Part shown: positions 27,153-38,321 of the stretch, in pieces
Layout: every line of letters starts with the position of its first letter
Position numbering within the stretch: the first letter of the stretch is position 1
NCBI GenBank assembly: GCA_038146705.1
Contig: JAYQSB010000003.1
Coordinates: forward strand, 2,968 to 66,967
Direction: 5' to 3'
From: Candidatus Poseidoniales archaeon
GTDB lineage: Archaea > Thermoplasmatota > Poseidoniia > Poseidoniales > Poseidoniaceae
DNA length: 64,000 bases
Position numbers and translations under genes: made by a program
Notes under the pieces: model-generated
The model's database searches: none
The model's input: only the letters and a program-made list of their open reading frames with translations
What the model was told of the DNA's origin: nothing

Positions 27153-29252
27153 ATGGGAATAGCGGAACGCCTCGCCTCACAACAAAAACAAGTTGCGATA
27201 TCGGAATTTTTTGAAAAGAACAAGCATTTTTTGGGTTTTGACTCCTCCGTACGTTCTCTCATTACTGCGGTGAAGGAAGCTGTTGACAATGCCCTTGACG
27301 CTTGTGAAGAAGCACGAATTTTACCAGAAATTTTCATCCAAATATCAAAAGTTGATGATAAGAAAAATATCATTGAACTCTTGATTGAAGACAATGGGCC
27401 CGGCATTCCAAAAAAGAGCATCGAGAAGGTGTTTGGTCAACTCCTCTTCGGCTCAAGATTTCATGCGATTCGACAATCCCGTGGTCAACAAGGCATAGGT
27501 ATCACGGGCGTTGTAATGTATAGTCAACTAACAACGGGACGAAAGACCCATGTCCGATCAAAAATAAAGTCAGAGGCTACAGCATCAATCGTCAAAATAG
27601 GCCTGGATACTCGGGCAAACAAAGCCATCAAGGAAGGCGAAGATAGAGAAATATGGATGGGTCGAGATGGTGAGCCAAAAGAACATGGGTTAGAAGTTCG
27701 AACCCGATTAAAAGGGAAATACCAAAAAGGCAGGCAAAGCGTTTGGCAATACTTGCGAATGACGAGTATTGTCAATCCTCATGCAGACATTACCTACGTT
27801 GACCCTGACGGTGAGACATTTCACTGGCCAAGGGTTACAGAACGTTTACCAACCAAGGTTGAAGCGATTAAACCCCATCCTCATGGCATCGAACTTGGTG
27901 CACTACAACGAATGCTTCGAGAATCAAAAGATTCGAAGATGAATATATTTTTGAGAAATAATTTCAGCGGAATTTCGGTTCGTGCTGCCAAGGAATTACT
28001 CGCTGCTGCAGAAGTCGAGGAAAAAACAAAACCTCCTTCTATGGCACCAGAGCAAATTCGTGCTCTTCTTGAAGCGTTTCAGGGTGATAGATTGTTTCAA
28101 GGAAAACAGATTAAACTCCTCAATCCACCAACCAACTGTCTTTCGCCAATTGAAGAACTTCTCATCAAAAAGGGGTTGTCAAAAACGATTGATTCAAAGT
28201 TCGTAACGACAATGACCCGAGCACCTGCTGTATCGTCTGGTAATCCGTATCAAGTAGAAGTCGGCCTGATTTTTGGTGATGGGATGGCCGCTGACAAACC
28301 TGTAGAAATTCTACGATTTGCTAATCGTGTACCGCTCATGTATCAACAAGGAGGATGCTTGCTTACCAAAGCCATTGAAAGTGTTGATTGGCGCCAGTAT
28401 GGGCTCGACCAAGCTGGTGGAAAAGGAATACCAAAAGGTCCGGCGGCCCTTTTGGTCCATTTAGCAAGCACCAATGTTCAATTCACATCTGAGGCTAAAG
28501 AAGCGGTGGCAGATAATGAGGAAGTGTTTGAAGAATTGCGAAAAGCGATGCTCGAAATGGGGCGCGGTTTACGTAAGCATCTAGAAAAACAAAAGAAAAA
28601 AGCCAAAACACAAGAGAAATTTGAGTTGGTCAATGATATCATTCCAGCGATAGCTGAAAAATCTGCAAATATTCTTGAGCGCCCAGTGCCCGATTTGTCA
28701 GGCTCAATTACCAGAATTATGGGGGCTGTCATCGCAGAATCTGAAACCAATTGGAATAAAGAAACGAAGATGGTCGATGTGAAAATTACAATTTTTAATT
28801 ACACGACGAGAGCGAGATCATACACTATTCTAGCGAACTATCCTGAGCGTGATGGAGCAGAGATAACTGAAAATCAAACCGGAGGCCGCAAGGAGACCAT
28901 CGGGCTTTGGGCTTGGAAATTAGACACGTTACAACCCGGGGAGGTCACATCGATTACATACTCATTACTCAATCTAGAACGAGGAGATTGGACTGACACG
29001 GATGTCTTCTATCGAGGTACTCAAGAAATTATTGGGGCTTCAAAGATGGATGAGAAAATCTTACAGGATTTGAAAACAAGGGAAGAGCAGAGTACAAATG
29101 AATCAGATGATGACCTTGACCAAGAAAGCAAAGATGGGGATGAGCAACAAGAGAGTAATGTCGAGGATGGTGATATTCCAGATGATGACATACCCACACC
29201 TAAATCACCGCCGCCCACCGGCCAACGAACACTTTTCGGAGGAGATGAATAA
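27153..29252 (+). CDS. top6B: DNA topoisomerase VI subunit B
   Basis: Bergerat-fold motifs VKEAVDNALDA and IEDNGPGIP are present. AGGAGG lies upstream of the ATG at 27153. The C-terminal tail is acidic. Confidence 0.92.
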   Translation: MGIAERLASQQKQVAISEFFEKNKHFLGFDSSVRSLITAVKEAVDNALDACEEARILPEIFIQISKVDDKKNIIELLIEDNGPGIPKKSIEKVFGQLLFGSRFHAIRQSRGQQGIGITGVVMYSQLTTGRKTHVRSKIKSEATASIVKIGLDTRANKAIKEGEDREIWMGRDGEPKEHGLEVRTRLKGKYQKGRQSVWQYLRMTSIVNPHADITYVDPDGETFHWPRVTERLPTKVEAIKPHPHGIELGALQRMLRESKDSKMNIFLRNNFSGISVRAAKELLAAAEVEEKTKPPSMAPEQIRALLEAFQGDRLFQGKQIKLLNPPTNCLSPIEELLIKKGLSKTIDSKFVTTMTRAPAVSSGNPYQVEVGLIFGDGMAADKPVEILRFANRVPLMYQQGGCLLTKAIESVDWRQYGLDQAGGKGIPKGPAALLVHLASTNVQFTSEAKEAVADNEEVFEELRKAMLEMGRGLRKHLEKQKKKAKTQEKFELVNDIIPAIAEKSANILERPVPDLSGSITRIMGAVIAESETNWNKETKMVDVKITIFNYTTRARSYTILANYPERDGAEITENQTGGRKETIGLWAWKLDTLQPGEVTSITYSLLNLERGDWTDTDVFYRGTQEIIGASKMDEKILQDLKTREEQSTNESDDDLDQESKDGDEQQESNVEDGDIPDDDIPTPKSPPPTGQRTLFGGDE

Positions 29253-30349
29253 TGGCTGTTCGAAGAACTGTAGAAGAAACAAAAGAAGCGTTGCATGATG
29301 TTGTTGCTGAAATGTATGATAAAATTGTCAAAGGCGAGCCTCCAACTATGACGCTTCCAGTGCGAACAAAGAATAACATTGGATTCGATAATAAACTTGG
29401 CGTGTACAAATATGGTAAGAAAAAATCAATTCGAGATGCGACGAGCTTAGGGTCAGCAAAACAATTGCTGCGTGCACTCCACGTCATTGAATTCATCGAA
29501 GAGATGATCGATGCAGAAAAATCATCTACCCTTCGTGAAATGTACTACATTTCTGAAAGTTGGGGATTAGGGAAATTTGGTTCGCAAAACGAATCAAATA
29601 ATCTTGCAGAAGATCTCGAAGTTGTCACACGATGTCTGCGTGAAGATTTCAAACTCAGGCCTGAAGAAGATGGTGCTCGAATGATTGGAAACTTGACATT
29701 ACGGGAACGAAATCGCCGAGGGCAATGGATGGAGATTAACGCCCGAGATGATGTAGGAGATTCAGGATATGGAGTTCCATACAATGTCGAAGAAGAAAAA
29801 ATAGAGTTGATGCATCACGATATCGATTTCATTATGGCCATTGAGACTGGTGGTATGTTCGATAGGCTAGTTGAAAATGGATTTGATGAACAATATCGTT
29901 GTGGTTTATTGCACCTCAAAGGACAACCTGCACGGTCAACTCGACGGATTATGAAGCGGATGAGCGAGGAATGGGATTTGCCAGTTGTCGTTTTCCTTGA
30001 CGGTGACCCGTGGTCGTTCCGTATCTTTGCTTCGATAGCCTATGGTGCAATTAAGACAGCTCACATTTCAGAGTATCTTGCAACACCTTCTGCGACATAT
30101 CTCGGCATCACTTCAGATGATATCATTGCTTATGATTTACCGAGTGATGATTTATCCACAAAGGACAAGGAGGCATTAACGGCTGAGTTAAGCGACCCTC
30201 GTTTTGCTGATGGATGGTGGCAAGAACAGATCAACATGATGCTTGACATCGGTAAAAAAGCTGAGCAACAATCGCTTGCAAAATATGGTTTGGATTTCGT
30301 GACTGAGACCTATCTGCCCGAAAAGCTAGCAGCATTGGGTTTAGGTTGA
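29252..30349 (+). CDS. top6A: DNA topoisomerase VI subunit A (Spo11 homologue)
   Basis: LREMYYISE carries the catalytic Tyr region, and the Toprim motifs are [10 protein letters not shown] and [15 protein letters not shown] overlap links it to top6B. Confidence 0.92.
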   Translation: MAVRRTVEETKEALHDVVAEMYDKIVKGEPPTMTLPVRTKNNIGFDNKLGVYKYGKKKSIRDATSLGSAKQLLRALHVIEFIEEMIDAEKSSTLREMYYISESWGLGKFGSQNESNNLAEDLEVVTRCLREDFKLRPEEDGARMIGNLTLRERNRRGQWMEINARDDVGDSGYGVPYNVEEEKIELMHHDIDFIMAIETGGMFDRLVENGFDEQYRCGLLHLKGQPARSTRRIMKRMSEEWDLPVVVFLDGDPWSFRIFASIAYGAIKTAHISEYLATPSATYLGITSDDIIAYDLPSDDLSTKDKEALTAELSDPRFADGWWQEQINMMLDIGKKAEQQSLAKYGLDFVTETYLPEKLAALGLG

Positions 30350-30354
30350 CATGA

Positions 30355-30960
30355 ATGTATTCAGCATTTGTGGAAGGATTTGCCCTTAGTTTCGGTCTAA
30401 TACTTGCGATAGGGGCTCAAAATGCATTTGTTATCCGTCAAGGATTACTTCGTTCACACCTTTTCCTCGTGTGCTCAATTTGTGCCGTATCAGATGCGAC
30501 CTTGATTTATCTTGGCGTGTATGGCTTTGGTTCTTGGCTCTCTTCTGTTGAGGACGCCAAACTCGCCATTACATGTTTTGCTGCCCTCTTTATGTTTATT
30601 TACGGATGTTTACGCATCAAGTCAGCGTTAAATCCTGAAGCATTAAACATCGATACTACAACCACATCCACTGGTTCTATCGCTTTAACAACACTTGCTT
30701 TCACATGGCTTAACCCCCATGTGTATCTTGACACAATTCTTCTGATTGGCGGGGCATCAACAAGGTATCTTGGCACAGAGCGAAATTTGTTTGCGGTAGG
30801 GGCTGCTTTTGCATCGTTTATCTTCTTCTTTTCACTTGGATATGGTGCTCGCTCTATCTCAACGCATCTTTCTCAACCGAGGACGTGGAAATTCATCGAT
30901 GGTTCTATTGCTGTTCTCATGTTCGGGCTTTGTAGCATTTTAATCGCATCAATTTTATGA
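30355..30960 (+). CDS. LysE/ArgO-family amino-acid exporter
   Basis: GAQNAFVIRQG is present, and the protein is about 200 aa with 5-6 TM segments. Confidence 0.8.
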   Translation: MYSAFVEGFALSFGLILAIGAQNAFVIRQGLLRSHLFLVCSICAVSDATLIYLGVYGFGSWLSSVEDAKLAITCFAALFMFIYGCLRIKSALNPEALNIDTTTTSTGSIALTTLAFTWLNPHVYLDTILLIGGASTRYLGTERNLFAVGAAFASFIFFFSLGYGARSISTHLSQPRTWKFIDGSIAVLMFGLCSILIASIL

Positions 30961-31002
30961 CGATAACATGAGATTAAAGAGGTTGTAAGAATTGGAAGTC
31001 AC

Positions 31003-32034
31003 ATGGAGAACACGAACCAAGACAAAAGTTCTCCTTGGCCAAAGCGCCTCGTTTTGGGCGGGGTCATCTTTGCTGTATTGGGGTTTTTCTTATTGGTGGG
31101 CCAAGGCTCATCAATCGATTCTATTTTCAATCCACAGACGAGCAACGTTGTCGAATTTACGGGTGAACAAGGTGAGACACTTGAACTCGAAAGAGGGTGC
31201 TATCGCCTTGTTCAAATCACTGGTTCATCGACATTGAATGTCACATTGACCGCAGTTGATGGCTCAAACCTTACGGGTGAATCATTATCCGAGAAAAGTT
31301 GCAAACTCGACTGGCAACCCCAATCACCCTCTGCAACATATTCGACCACGGCTTCCTGGGAAATTCAAGAGGGATCGTATTTCTTAGAGGTGACCTGCCC
31401 AGAAGATTGCACATCGACTCAATCATGGTTTATTTCAATCGATGCTATGCAAAAGGGATTCTTTAGCAACAATCTACTTGTCATTGGCCTCTCAATGTGT
31501 TGTTTAAGCATCCTTGTTCTCCCAATGGGTCTTATTTTGTCGTACTCGAATTCTAAAAATAAAAATCCTAATGTTGTGTTGATGAATCAACATGGTCATC
31601 CTGTCCATCTCGAAAATTTACCACCTCATATCGCTCAACAAATACAAGAAGAACTCACGAATTTCCCGCCCCAACAGCAGCAAATCGCTCCACCCTTTGC
31701 CAATCAACCACAAATGCCACAGCAAGAGTCAGATGTGAGAGATGGAAGTTTAGAAGTTCAACAAGGCAAACTCATGACGACTGAACAAGTTTATGCATTG
31801 ATGAGGGGCGATATTGAATCAGCACAAAACTTCAATCCAGGAGGGCCAATTGATAATGAAAAGGTCATGGATGATGCTGCAAACGCAGTCGCTATCGCAA
31901 GTTGGGATGAGGGCGTTCCAACCCAAGCAATCGAATCAAAATCTCCAATGCCTTCACAACAACCCAAATCACGAAAAACTCCTGAGAAGAATGAAAATAC
32001 TTCGTCTTGGAAAGACTGGGATGAAATGAATTGA
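31003..32034 (+). CDS. Hypothetical membrane protein (signal-anchor, extracytoplasmic domain, TM, Q/P-rich cytoplasmic tail)
   Basis: The two TM segments are VLGGVIFAVLGFFLLVG and LLVIGLSMCCLSILVLPMGLIL. The tail includes PPQQQQIAPPFANQPQMPQQ. Confidence 0.5.
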   Translation: MENTNQDKSSPWPKRLVLGGVIFAVLGFFLLVGQGSSIDSIFNPQTSNVVEFTGEQGETLELERGCYRLVQITGSSTLNVTLTAVDGSNLTGESLSEKSCKLDWQPQSPSATYSTTASWEIQEGSYFLEVTCPEDCTSTQSWFISIDAMQKGFFSNNLLVIGLSMCCLSILVLPMGLILSYSNSKNKNPNVVLMNQHGHPVHLENLPPHIAQQIQEELTNFPPQQQQIAPPFANQPQMPQQESDVRDGSLEVQQGKLMTTEQVYALMRGDIESAQNFNPGGPIDNEKVMDDAANAVAIASWDEGVPTQAIESKSPMPSQQPKSRKTPEKNENTSSWKDWDEMN

Positions 32035-32038
32035 TTCG

Positions 32039-32854
32039 ATGAGTTCAAAAACATCCTCTTCTCTAGGTAACCTAGAGTTGAGTAGTATGACCGACTTAGA
32101 CACCGCACTCAAACTGTTGCAAAACACCCTCCGCCGTGAAATATTAGAACGGCTTGTAAAAGAACCACATTATCCAATGCAATTGGCAGACTTAATCGGA
32201 ATTAGTCAGCAAGCAACGATGAAACACCTCAAGGAAATGGAACGAGGGGGACTTGTGGAATCAACCCGAGTTCCCTCGGAGAAGGGGGGCCCGCCGAGAA
32301 CAATTTATTCTGTTGAAAAATCATTCTCAATTCGAATCGACCTTGCACCAGACATGTTCAAATGCGAGAAGAGAAAACTTCCGCAAGGTAGCCCAATTCG
32401 TCTATCTAGTCAATTACCATCCGATGGACGCCCCCTTGCAGAATTTATCGCAGGCCGTCGAAAAATGAGTGTTGTTGAGGGCCTTGATGTCCTTCATGAG
32501 TTGTCGGACTCGCTTGAACGACTTGACCAGCAAAGAGATGCATTGATCTCTTTGCACCAACATATTCGCAGCAAAGTCTCTCAAGGCGTCTCAGATGAAT
32601 TTGATACGTATGAAGAGAGAGCAGTCGTCCAAAAAATCCTCGATACACCGAGGGAACCTGTCGATTTTACGACACTCATCCCTCCCGAATTATTGATGCA
32701 TGGTTCAATGGATGAATTATTAGACACGATTCGTGATAAATTAGAACGAGACATTTCCAAACGAGAAGGGCAATTTATTGGAACCCAACTCAACACAGAC
32801 TTGCGTTGGTACCTCATGCCAAGCAAGCGGCGTTTGAATTCAAATGACGATTAG
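32039..32854 (+). CDS. ArsR-like winged-helix transcriptional regulator with long helical C-terminal extension
   Basis: The HTH is QLADLIGISQQATMKHLKEMERGGLV. The gene lies 4 nt after the upstream membrane-protein gene. Confidence 0.6.
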   Translation: MSSKTSSSLGNLELSSMTDLDTALKLLQNTLRREILERLVKEPHYPMQLADLIGISQQATMKHLKEMERGGLVESTRVPSEKGGPPRTIYSVEKSFSIRIDLAPDMFKCEKRKLPQGSPIRLSSQLPSDGRPLAEFIAGRRKMSVVEGLDVLHELSDSLERLDQQRDALISLHQHIRSKVSQGVSDEFDTYEERAVVQKILDTPREPVDFTTLIPPELLMHGSMDELLDTIRDKLERDISKREGQFIGTQLNTDLRWYLMPSKRRLNSNDD

Positions 32855-33207
32855 TTTCTCGAACCAAACAGAGAAGTTCTCGATTTTGACACAATGATAT
32901 AGAGGATGTCTCGAATTGGAAGAGGTACTATCCAAACAATCGGAAACCACATCTTGTAGTACCACCGAAGATAGAGCAAGACCCGTATTGCTGCAGCAGA
33001 ACGAATGAATGTCTTACCATTTCGAACCAAATAGACACTGTCAACGCGTTGATGGGCTTCGGAAAAAGTTGAAATCGTCGTTTGACCTTCTTCACTTTCA
33101 ATAGCAAGAATTTGTAAATCCGAATCCGATGTTAACCGCTTTCGAACAAATTTAGAGAGCCAGTGACATAGATTGCACCACCCATCAACAAGAAGTATAT
33201 CGCCCAT
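32851..33207 (-). CDS. DCC-family thiol-disulfide oxidoreductase (DUF393)
   Basis: N-terminal LVDGWCNLCHWLSKFV is present, and the protein is about 118 aa. Confidence 0.7.
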   Translation of the reverse strand: MGDILLVDGWCNLCHWLSKFVRKRLTSDSDLQILAIESEEGQTTISTFSEAHQRVDSVYLVRNGKTFIRSAAAIRVLLYLRWYYKMWFPIVWIVPLPIRDILYIIVSKSRTSLFGSRN

Positions 33208-33216
33208 ACAGCACCC

Positions 33217-33435
33217 TCATTTTTCAAGAATTTCTGTGAGTAAAATGAAGATATCATCTCCAATATCTCTCAATGATTGTAAATTTTCATGTTGAATGAC
33301 AATTGAAATTTCACTTTCATCCCCATGGTCTTCAATCGTGTAAGAACACGGCTGCCCATCCAGAGTGCTTGCAAGAGAAGACACGATTTCTTTTGCCCCA
33401 ATCCATCGAATTTCAGCACTATGCACCTCTGCCAT
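33217..33435 (-). CDS. Small hypothetical protein (72 aa); weak resemblance to KEOPS subunit Pcc1
   Basis: The start was re-picked at M42 of the 113-aa ORF to avoid overlap with hflX. ISIVIQHENLQSLRDIGDDIFILLTEILEK resembles the Pcc1 pattern (beta strand, A-x-D-x-x-x-LR, then helix). This is from memory only. Confidence 0.3.
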   Translation of the reverse strand: MAEVHSAEIRWIGAKEIVSSLASTLDGQPCSYTIEDHGDESEISIVIQHENLQSLRDIGDDIFILLTEILEK

Positions 33436-33484
33436 GAAAGCGGTTGAGGGGTGGGCTGATATGAGACTAACCATTCGTACCTCC

Positions 33485-34840
33485 ATGGAAGGCCCAAATG
33501 CGAATGGCAGTGTCATCGCAGGAAGCGGGGGCGTCCTTCTAGGAGAAGGTAGAACCAATCACGAAGGCAGGAAAGCCCTCCTTTTGGTCCGAGGAGATGA
33601 AGATACCAGTGAGTATGAAAATCTCGCCTCAACAATGGGCATTCAAATTGTTGAGAAAATGATTCAGCCAGGTAAAATCAATCCTGCAAGTTATTTTGGA
33701 GGAGGCCGATTGAAACTCATCCAAGAAACTCTAAACATCAAATCTGGAGCTTACAAACAGGTCAGCCTCATTCTACTGCACACAAATGCGACACCTCGCC
33801 AACTTGTAGCCATCGACCAAATTTTAGGCATCGAGGTGTGGGATAGAGTCCGCCTTTTGCTCGCACTCTTCACCTCTCATGCATCATCCGTTGAGGCCAG
33901 AACCCAAGTCCGAATAGCAAAATTATTGGCCGATCGCACCATTCTACGTGAGGCCGTATCCGTTCAGACCACTGGTGAACGAGCAGGATATGGTGGAGAA
34001 GGTGCAACGGCATTACAGACAATTATTGGCTCGCTCAATCGGGAACTTGCGACATTGAGAAAACGATTAGGAAAACACGCTCACTCCACAGCACTACGAC
34101 GAGAACAGAGGCGGAAGCAAGGTCTCAATACAGTAGGGTTGGTAGGGTATACGAATGCTGGAAAATCATCACTTTTCCGGGCATTGTCCGGGAAAAAAGT
34201 GCTTATTGAAGACAAATTATTCTCAACGCTTGAACCGACATTAGGTCAAATGGAAAAAAATCCAAGAATTCTCATTGCGGATACAATCGGATTTATTGAT
34301 AATATACCAAATGCCGCTTTAGCGTCATTTAAATCAACCTTTGCTGAGGCGTTAGAAAGCGAAATACTACTCCATTTGATTGATGCCTCTGACCAACCCG
34401 AAGAAATCCAAAGAAAGTTTACGACCACAAAAAACGAACTTAATGAAAGGCTCACAGAAACAGGATTTGATCAATCGTTCACGACTATGGTTGTCTTCAC
34501 CAAAATAGATAGAATATCGGTTCAACATACTGCGTTCCTTCGTAGGTGGATAGAGGATGAACAACTCAAAAATGTCCACTTCATTTCTTCAATTTCTCAT
34601 CAAGGAATCGATGAATTACGACATTCAATCTTCCAACATTTATTCGGTTCGTTACAGTCAATAATCGTGAATATTTCATCTGATGGACTGGGACAAAAAG
34701 CAGTTCATGCACTTTATTCAAACGGCTATATCGTGCACAGGAGTGAACATGATGAGCACTTATTCTTTGACATGTGGATATCGGAATCAGAATTAGCGAA
34801 ACTGCTCCATCAATTCCCTCACACGATTGAACACAAATAG
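33485..34840 (+). CDS. hflX: GTPase HflX
   Basis: The HflX N-domain is followed by G1 GYTNAGKSSLF and G3 ADTIGFI. The start is uncertain (33461 or 33485). Confidence 0.85.
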   Translation: MEGPNANGSVIAGSGGVLLGEGRTNHEGRKALLLVRGDEDTSEYENLASTMGIQIVEKMIQPGKINPASYFGGGRLKLIQETLNIKSGAYKQVSLILLHTNATPRQLVAIDQILGIEVWDRVRLLLALFTSHASSVEARTQVRIAKLLADRTILREAVSVQTTGERAGYGGEGATALQTIIGSLNRELATLRKRLGKHAHSTALRREQRRKQGLNTVGLVGYTNAGKSSLFRALSGKKVLIEDKLFSTLEPTLGQMEKNPRILIADTIGFIDNIPNAALASFKSTFAEALESEILLHLIDASDQPEEIQRKFTTTKNELNERLTETGFDQSFTTMVVFTKIDRISVQHTAFLRRWIEDEQLKNVHFISSISHQGIDELRHSIFQHLFGSLQSIIVNISSDGLGQKAVHALYSNGYIVHRSEHDEHLFFDMWISESELAKLLHQFPHTIEHK

Positions 34841-34855
34841 AAGGATGTTGTAAGC

Positions 34856-35788
34856 ATGACCGTGGGAGATGAGGTTGTTGAGCAAACTCCACCAGTCGAT
34901 GATTATCTTGATGATATCATTGAAGACCAACCACTTGTGTTTTCTACGAGTGATGTAGCTCTTTACATCCCTCAAAAGAAATTGCACCCCATAGGTCGTT
35001 CAATCGCTATTTTTGTTATTTGTATATCCGTATTAGGTGCAGCAAATGGAGCAGATTTTGTCGACCCGAATTCTGGATTGGTGCGTGCTGATGAATTTGT
35101 GTATCGGTTAGCATTGACAGCACCACCTGAAAGTGCACAATTTGATGGTGTAATTTACGATGATGATGGGCAGCCATTCGATGGCATGCTTATTCACGTA
35201 TCATGGGAAGAAAAAGATGGAGGAATAAATTCAACCGAAATGGTGACAAATCAATCAGGTGAATTTCATTTTGAAAACCTTACACCAGGCCTTCTTATTG
35301 TGGATATGTATGTTGAGCGAGACGGCTACAAAGATTGGTACACAAATCGTATACTTTTATCTCCACCTGCAATTATTGAACCTATTGGATTCACAAATAT
35401 CGATTTCACGATGCCCAGCCAAGATGAGTTCCAAAATTCTCCTTGCAGAAACGGAGAGTCAAATTGTACAGTTCGAATCATTGACATGACACCAACTCAA
35501 ATGGAGCACCCAATCATGGATCCAAGTGCGGCGAGTGCCTACGTTCTCATCGGGTTTGGCTTTATCGGACTTGCTCTCATCGCATCAGGGTTTGCAATCT
35601 GGGCATTGCTTGGTCATTCAGTCGGTGTACTTCGCATGTCAACCATGTTCGCATTTTTTACTATGGGACATTATTATTCTGCTTGTATACTTGGCCTTGT
35701 AGCATTTCTCTTGACCTTCGCAATACCAAAAGATGCTGACTCCGTCTATCTTGAACATGGAAGCAGAATGTCAATGGACTTATCATAG
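34856..35788 (+). CDS. Membrane protein with extracytoplasmic carboxypeptidase-regulatory-like beta-sandwich
   Basis: An N-terminal TM is followed by GVIYDDDGQPFDGMLIHV...TNQSGEFHFENLTPG (CarboxypepD_reg-like) and three C-terminal TM segments. Confidence 0.5.
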   Translation: MTVGDEVVEQTPPVDDYLDDIIEDQPLVFSTSDVALYIPQKKLHPIGRSIAIFVICISVLGAANGADFVDPNSGLVRADEFVYRLALTAPPESAQFDGVIYDDDGQPFDGMLIHVSWEEKDGGINSTEMVTNQSGEFHFENLTPGLLIVDMYVERDGYKDWYTNRILLSPPAIIEPIGFTNIDFTMPSQDEFQNSPCRNGESNCTVRIIDMTPTQMEHPIMDPSAASAYVLIGFGFIGLALIASGFAIWALLGHSVGVLRMSTMFAFFTMGHYYSACILGLVAFLLTFAIPKDADSVYLEHGSRMSMDLS

Positions 35789-35808
35789 GAGAAGAAGGTG
35801 AAGAACAC

Positions 35809-36879
35809 ATGGACCTCTTAGGCCATACATGGATGCAGCGTCAACTAGGCCAAGCAGTCTCATGTGTTTTTTTGACAAAAAACAACGGCGTTATCGCAGG
35901 AGGCTGGGACGGAGCACTATGTTACTGGGACGCAGAAGGTGGTCAAATTTGGGAAATTACGACCAGCAGTCGTGTAAGTTCAATTCTTGAATACGACGAT
36001 ATGTTTGTCGCCACCAGCGGTCTAGAAGTTGTTGCCGTTTCAAAAAATGATGGGACCATCAAGTGGATTACAGCCCTCGAGGGAAGTTCAGATGGCTTGT
36101 TACAATTTGAAGATTTTATCGTTGCAACATCTTCAACATATGATATTGAACATAACGATTTCATTGAATCAGCAATCTGGAGAATTAGTTTTGATGGAGA
36201 TATTGAATGGGTTCATCGTTTAGATGAGCGACCTTGGTATGCATATGCTGATGATCAGTATGCACATTTCGGCCTAGGTCGTCCGCGTTGTGGCCTTTTG
36301 TCAATTTCTATGGAACGTCAAACTACATCACACACGCCATTCTCAACCGACAGTCCAGTCATGTGTGGGAATTCACTCGACACAGAGCATATTTTTGGAT
36401 TGGCCAGCGGCCATGTGGTGACTGAAACGAACATCGTCCATCAAGCCTTAACTGGTGTTGAATTCCTGTCAACATCGCACGATGGTTTTCTTGTTGGTTT
36501 AGAAAATGGAGATTGCCGTTTGTTCAATCAAACTGGCGATGAACAATGGCAACTGAGTGGCCAAGCGATATGTGGGCTGCTCTCAACATGGTCAAATCCA
36601 TCATCGGGATATGTCTGGATTGCTCGCAAACGTCTCGATGAGGGTGAATTGGTTGTTGTTGATGAGAAAGCCGGCTCCATTATCGCAACATCAAACACAT
36701 CTCGCGTACATTCAATGGTGTCAAATGATGAACGATTGTGTATTGGTTTTGAGGACGGGCAAGTGATTGTTTGGGAGCGAGAAATGTTTCACCGCCGTCA
36801 AAACCAAGCGAGTCAAAACACAGAGATCGACCCCGAGAAAGAAGCAATGCGAGCTCGATTAAGGGCATTACGCAGATGA
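35809..36879 (+). CDS. PQQ/WD40-like beta-propeller repeat protein with basic helical tail
   Basis: Repeated G-x-x-W blade-like motifs occur ([36 protein letters not shown]). No signal peptide is present. Confidence 0.55.
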   Translation: MDLLGHTWMQRQLGQAVSCVFLTKNNGVIAGGWDGALCYWDAEGGQIWEITTSSRVSSILEYDDMFVATSGLEVVAVSKNDGTIKWITALEGSSDGLLQFEDFIVATSSTYDIEHNDFIESAIWRISFDGDIEWVHRLDERPWYAYADDQYAHFGLGRPRCGLLSISMERQTTSHTPFSTDSPVMCGNSLDTEHIFGLASGHVVTETNIVHQALTGVEFLSTSHDGFLVGLENGDCRLFNQTGDEQWQLSGQAICGLLSTWSNPSSGYVWIARKRLDEGELVVVDEKAGSIIATSNTSRVHSMVSNDERLCIGFEDGQVIVWEREMFHRRQNQASQNTEIDPEKEAMRARLRALRR

Positions 36880-38262
36880 GCCCGTCATATCTTCGGGACG
36901 AACCCACGATTCAAATTCTTCCTCAGTAACAAGACTTAATTCGAGCGCAGATTGTTTCAGTGTCAGTCCATGTTCGTGTGCATGCTTCGCAATTTTAGCA
37001 GCCTTATCGTACCCAATATGATTGTTGAGGGCCGTGACAAGCATCAGAGAATTGTTGAGATGTGAGTCAATATTTGCTTGATTTGGTTCCATGCCGACCA
37101 CGCAATGTTCTCGGAATGAGCGGCAGGCATCGGTAAGAAGTTGTAACGAATGAAGGAAGTTATGAATCATCATCGGTTTGAAGACATTGAGTTCAAAATT
37201 ACCTTGACTTCCGCCGACGGTGATTGCTGTGTGATTGCCCATAACTTGACAACAGACCATCGTCATTGCTTCTGATTGGGTGGGATTGACTTTTCCTGGC
37301 ATAATCGATGAACCGGGTTCGTTTGCAGGCAAGGAGAGCTCACCAATTCCACATCGTGGGCCTGAGCCGAGCCATCGAACATCGTTTGCAATTTTCATCA
37401 AACATACTGCGAGCGTATTGAGTGCACCAGAGGCAGAAACCAAAGCATCGTGTGCAGCGAGTTGTGCAAATTTATTTTCAGCAGAACAAAATGATAGTCC
37501 TGTAATGTTGCAGATTTCATCGGCAGCCATTTGGGCAAAAAGTGGATGAGTGTTGAGGCCAGTACCTACCGCAGTACCTCCTAAAGCGAGTTCGAAGACA
37601 TCGTCGAGGACAAAATCTAATCGTCGAATACAAGCATCGAGTTGAGCAACCCAACCAGAGACTTCTTGCCCCAACGTCAATGGAACAGCGTCCATCAAAT
37701 GGGTCCGACCAATTTTGACAATATCTGACCAAGCCTCAGATTTTTCTCGGAGTGAATCTCGTAATGTTCGTACACTTGGCAAGAGGTCGTGGACCATGGC
37801 TTCCGCTGCAGCAATATGCATGGCGGTGGGAAACGTGTCATTGGATGATTGTGCTCTGTTGACATGGTCATTTGGGTGAACAGGGTCCTTTGAACCGAGC
37901 ACCCCCCCAGCGAGTTCAATAGCACGGTTTGCAATGACCTCATTTGCATTCATGTTGGATTGTGTTCCACTTCCAGTTTGCCAAACTCGTAACGGAAAGT
38001 GGTCGTTGAGCTTTCCATCCAAGACCTCTTGAGAGGCGGCAATAATCAGGTCGCCTACCTCTGGAGAAAGTTGCTTGAGTGCTACATTTGTTTTCGCAGC
38101 CGCTTGTTTGAGAATTCCAAATGCTCGAATTACACCAGGTGGCATTGTATCGTTACCGATGTCGAAATTAATGAGTGAACGTGCTGTTTGGCAGCCATAG
38201 TAACGGTCGTTTGGAACTTCAATTTCTCCCATGGTATCGGATTCGATACGCGTGTCTGCCAT
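36868..38262 (-). CDS. fumC: Fumarate hydratase class II
   Basis: It carries the signature [16 protein letters not shown] and is 464 aa. Confidence 0.93.
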   Translation of the reverse strand: MADTRIESDTMGEIEVPNDRYYGCQTARSLINFDIGNDTMPPGVIRAFGILKQAAAKTNVALKQLSPEVGDLIIAASQEVLDGKLNDHFPLRVWQTGSGTQSNMNANEVIANRAIELAGGVLGSKDPVHPNDHVNRAQSSNDTFPTAMHIAAAEAMVHDLLPSVRTLRDSLREKSEAWSDIVKIGRTHLMDAVPLTLGQEVSGWVAQLDACIRRLDFVLDDVFELALGGTAVGTGLNTHPLFAQMAADEICNITGLSFCSAENKFAQLAAHDALVSASGALNTLAVCLMKIANDVRWLGSGPRCGIGELSLPANEPGSSIMPGKVNPTQSEAMTMVCCQVMGNHTAITVGGSQGNFELNVFKPMMIHNFLHSLQLLTDACRSFREHCVVGMEPNQANIDSHLNNSLMLVTALNNHIGYDKAAKIAKHAHEHGLTLKQSALELSLVTEEEFESWVRPEDMTGSSA

Positions 38263-38321
38263 ACAAGGTTCCTAACACCGACATCCTATGAATTTGCACA
38301 TTCGAGGCACCAAATTTTTCC

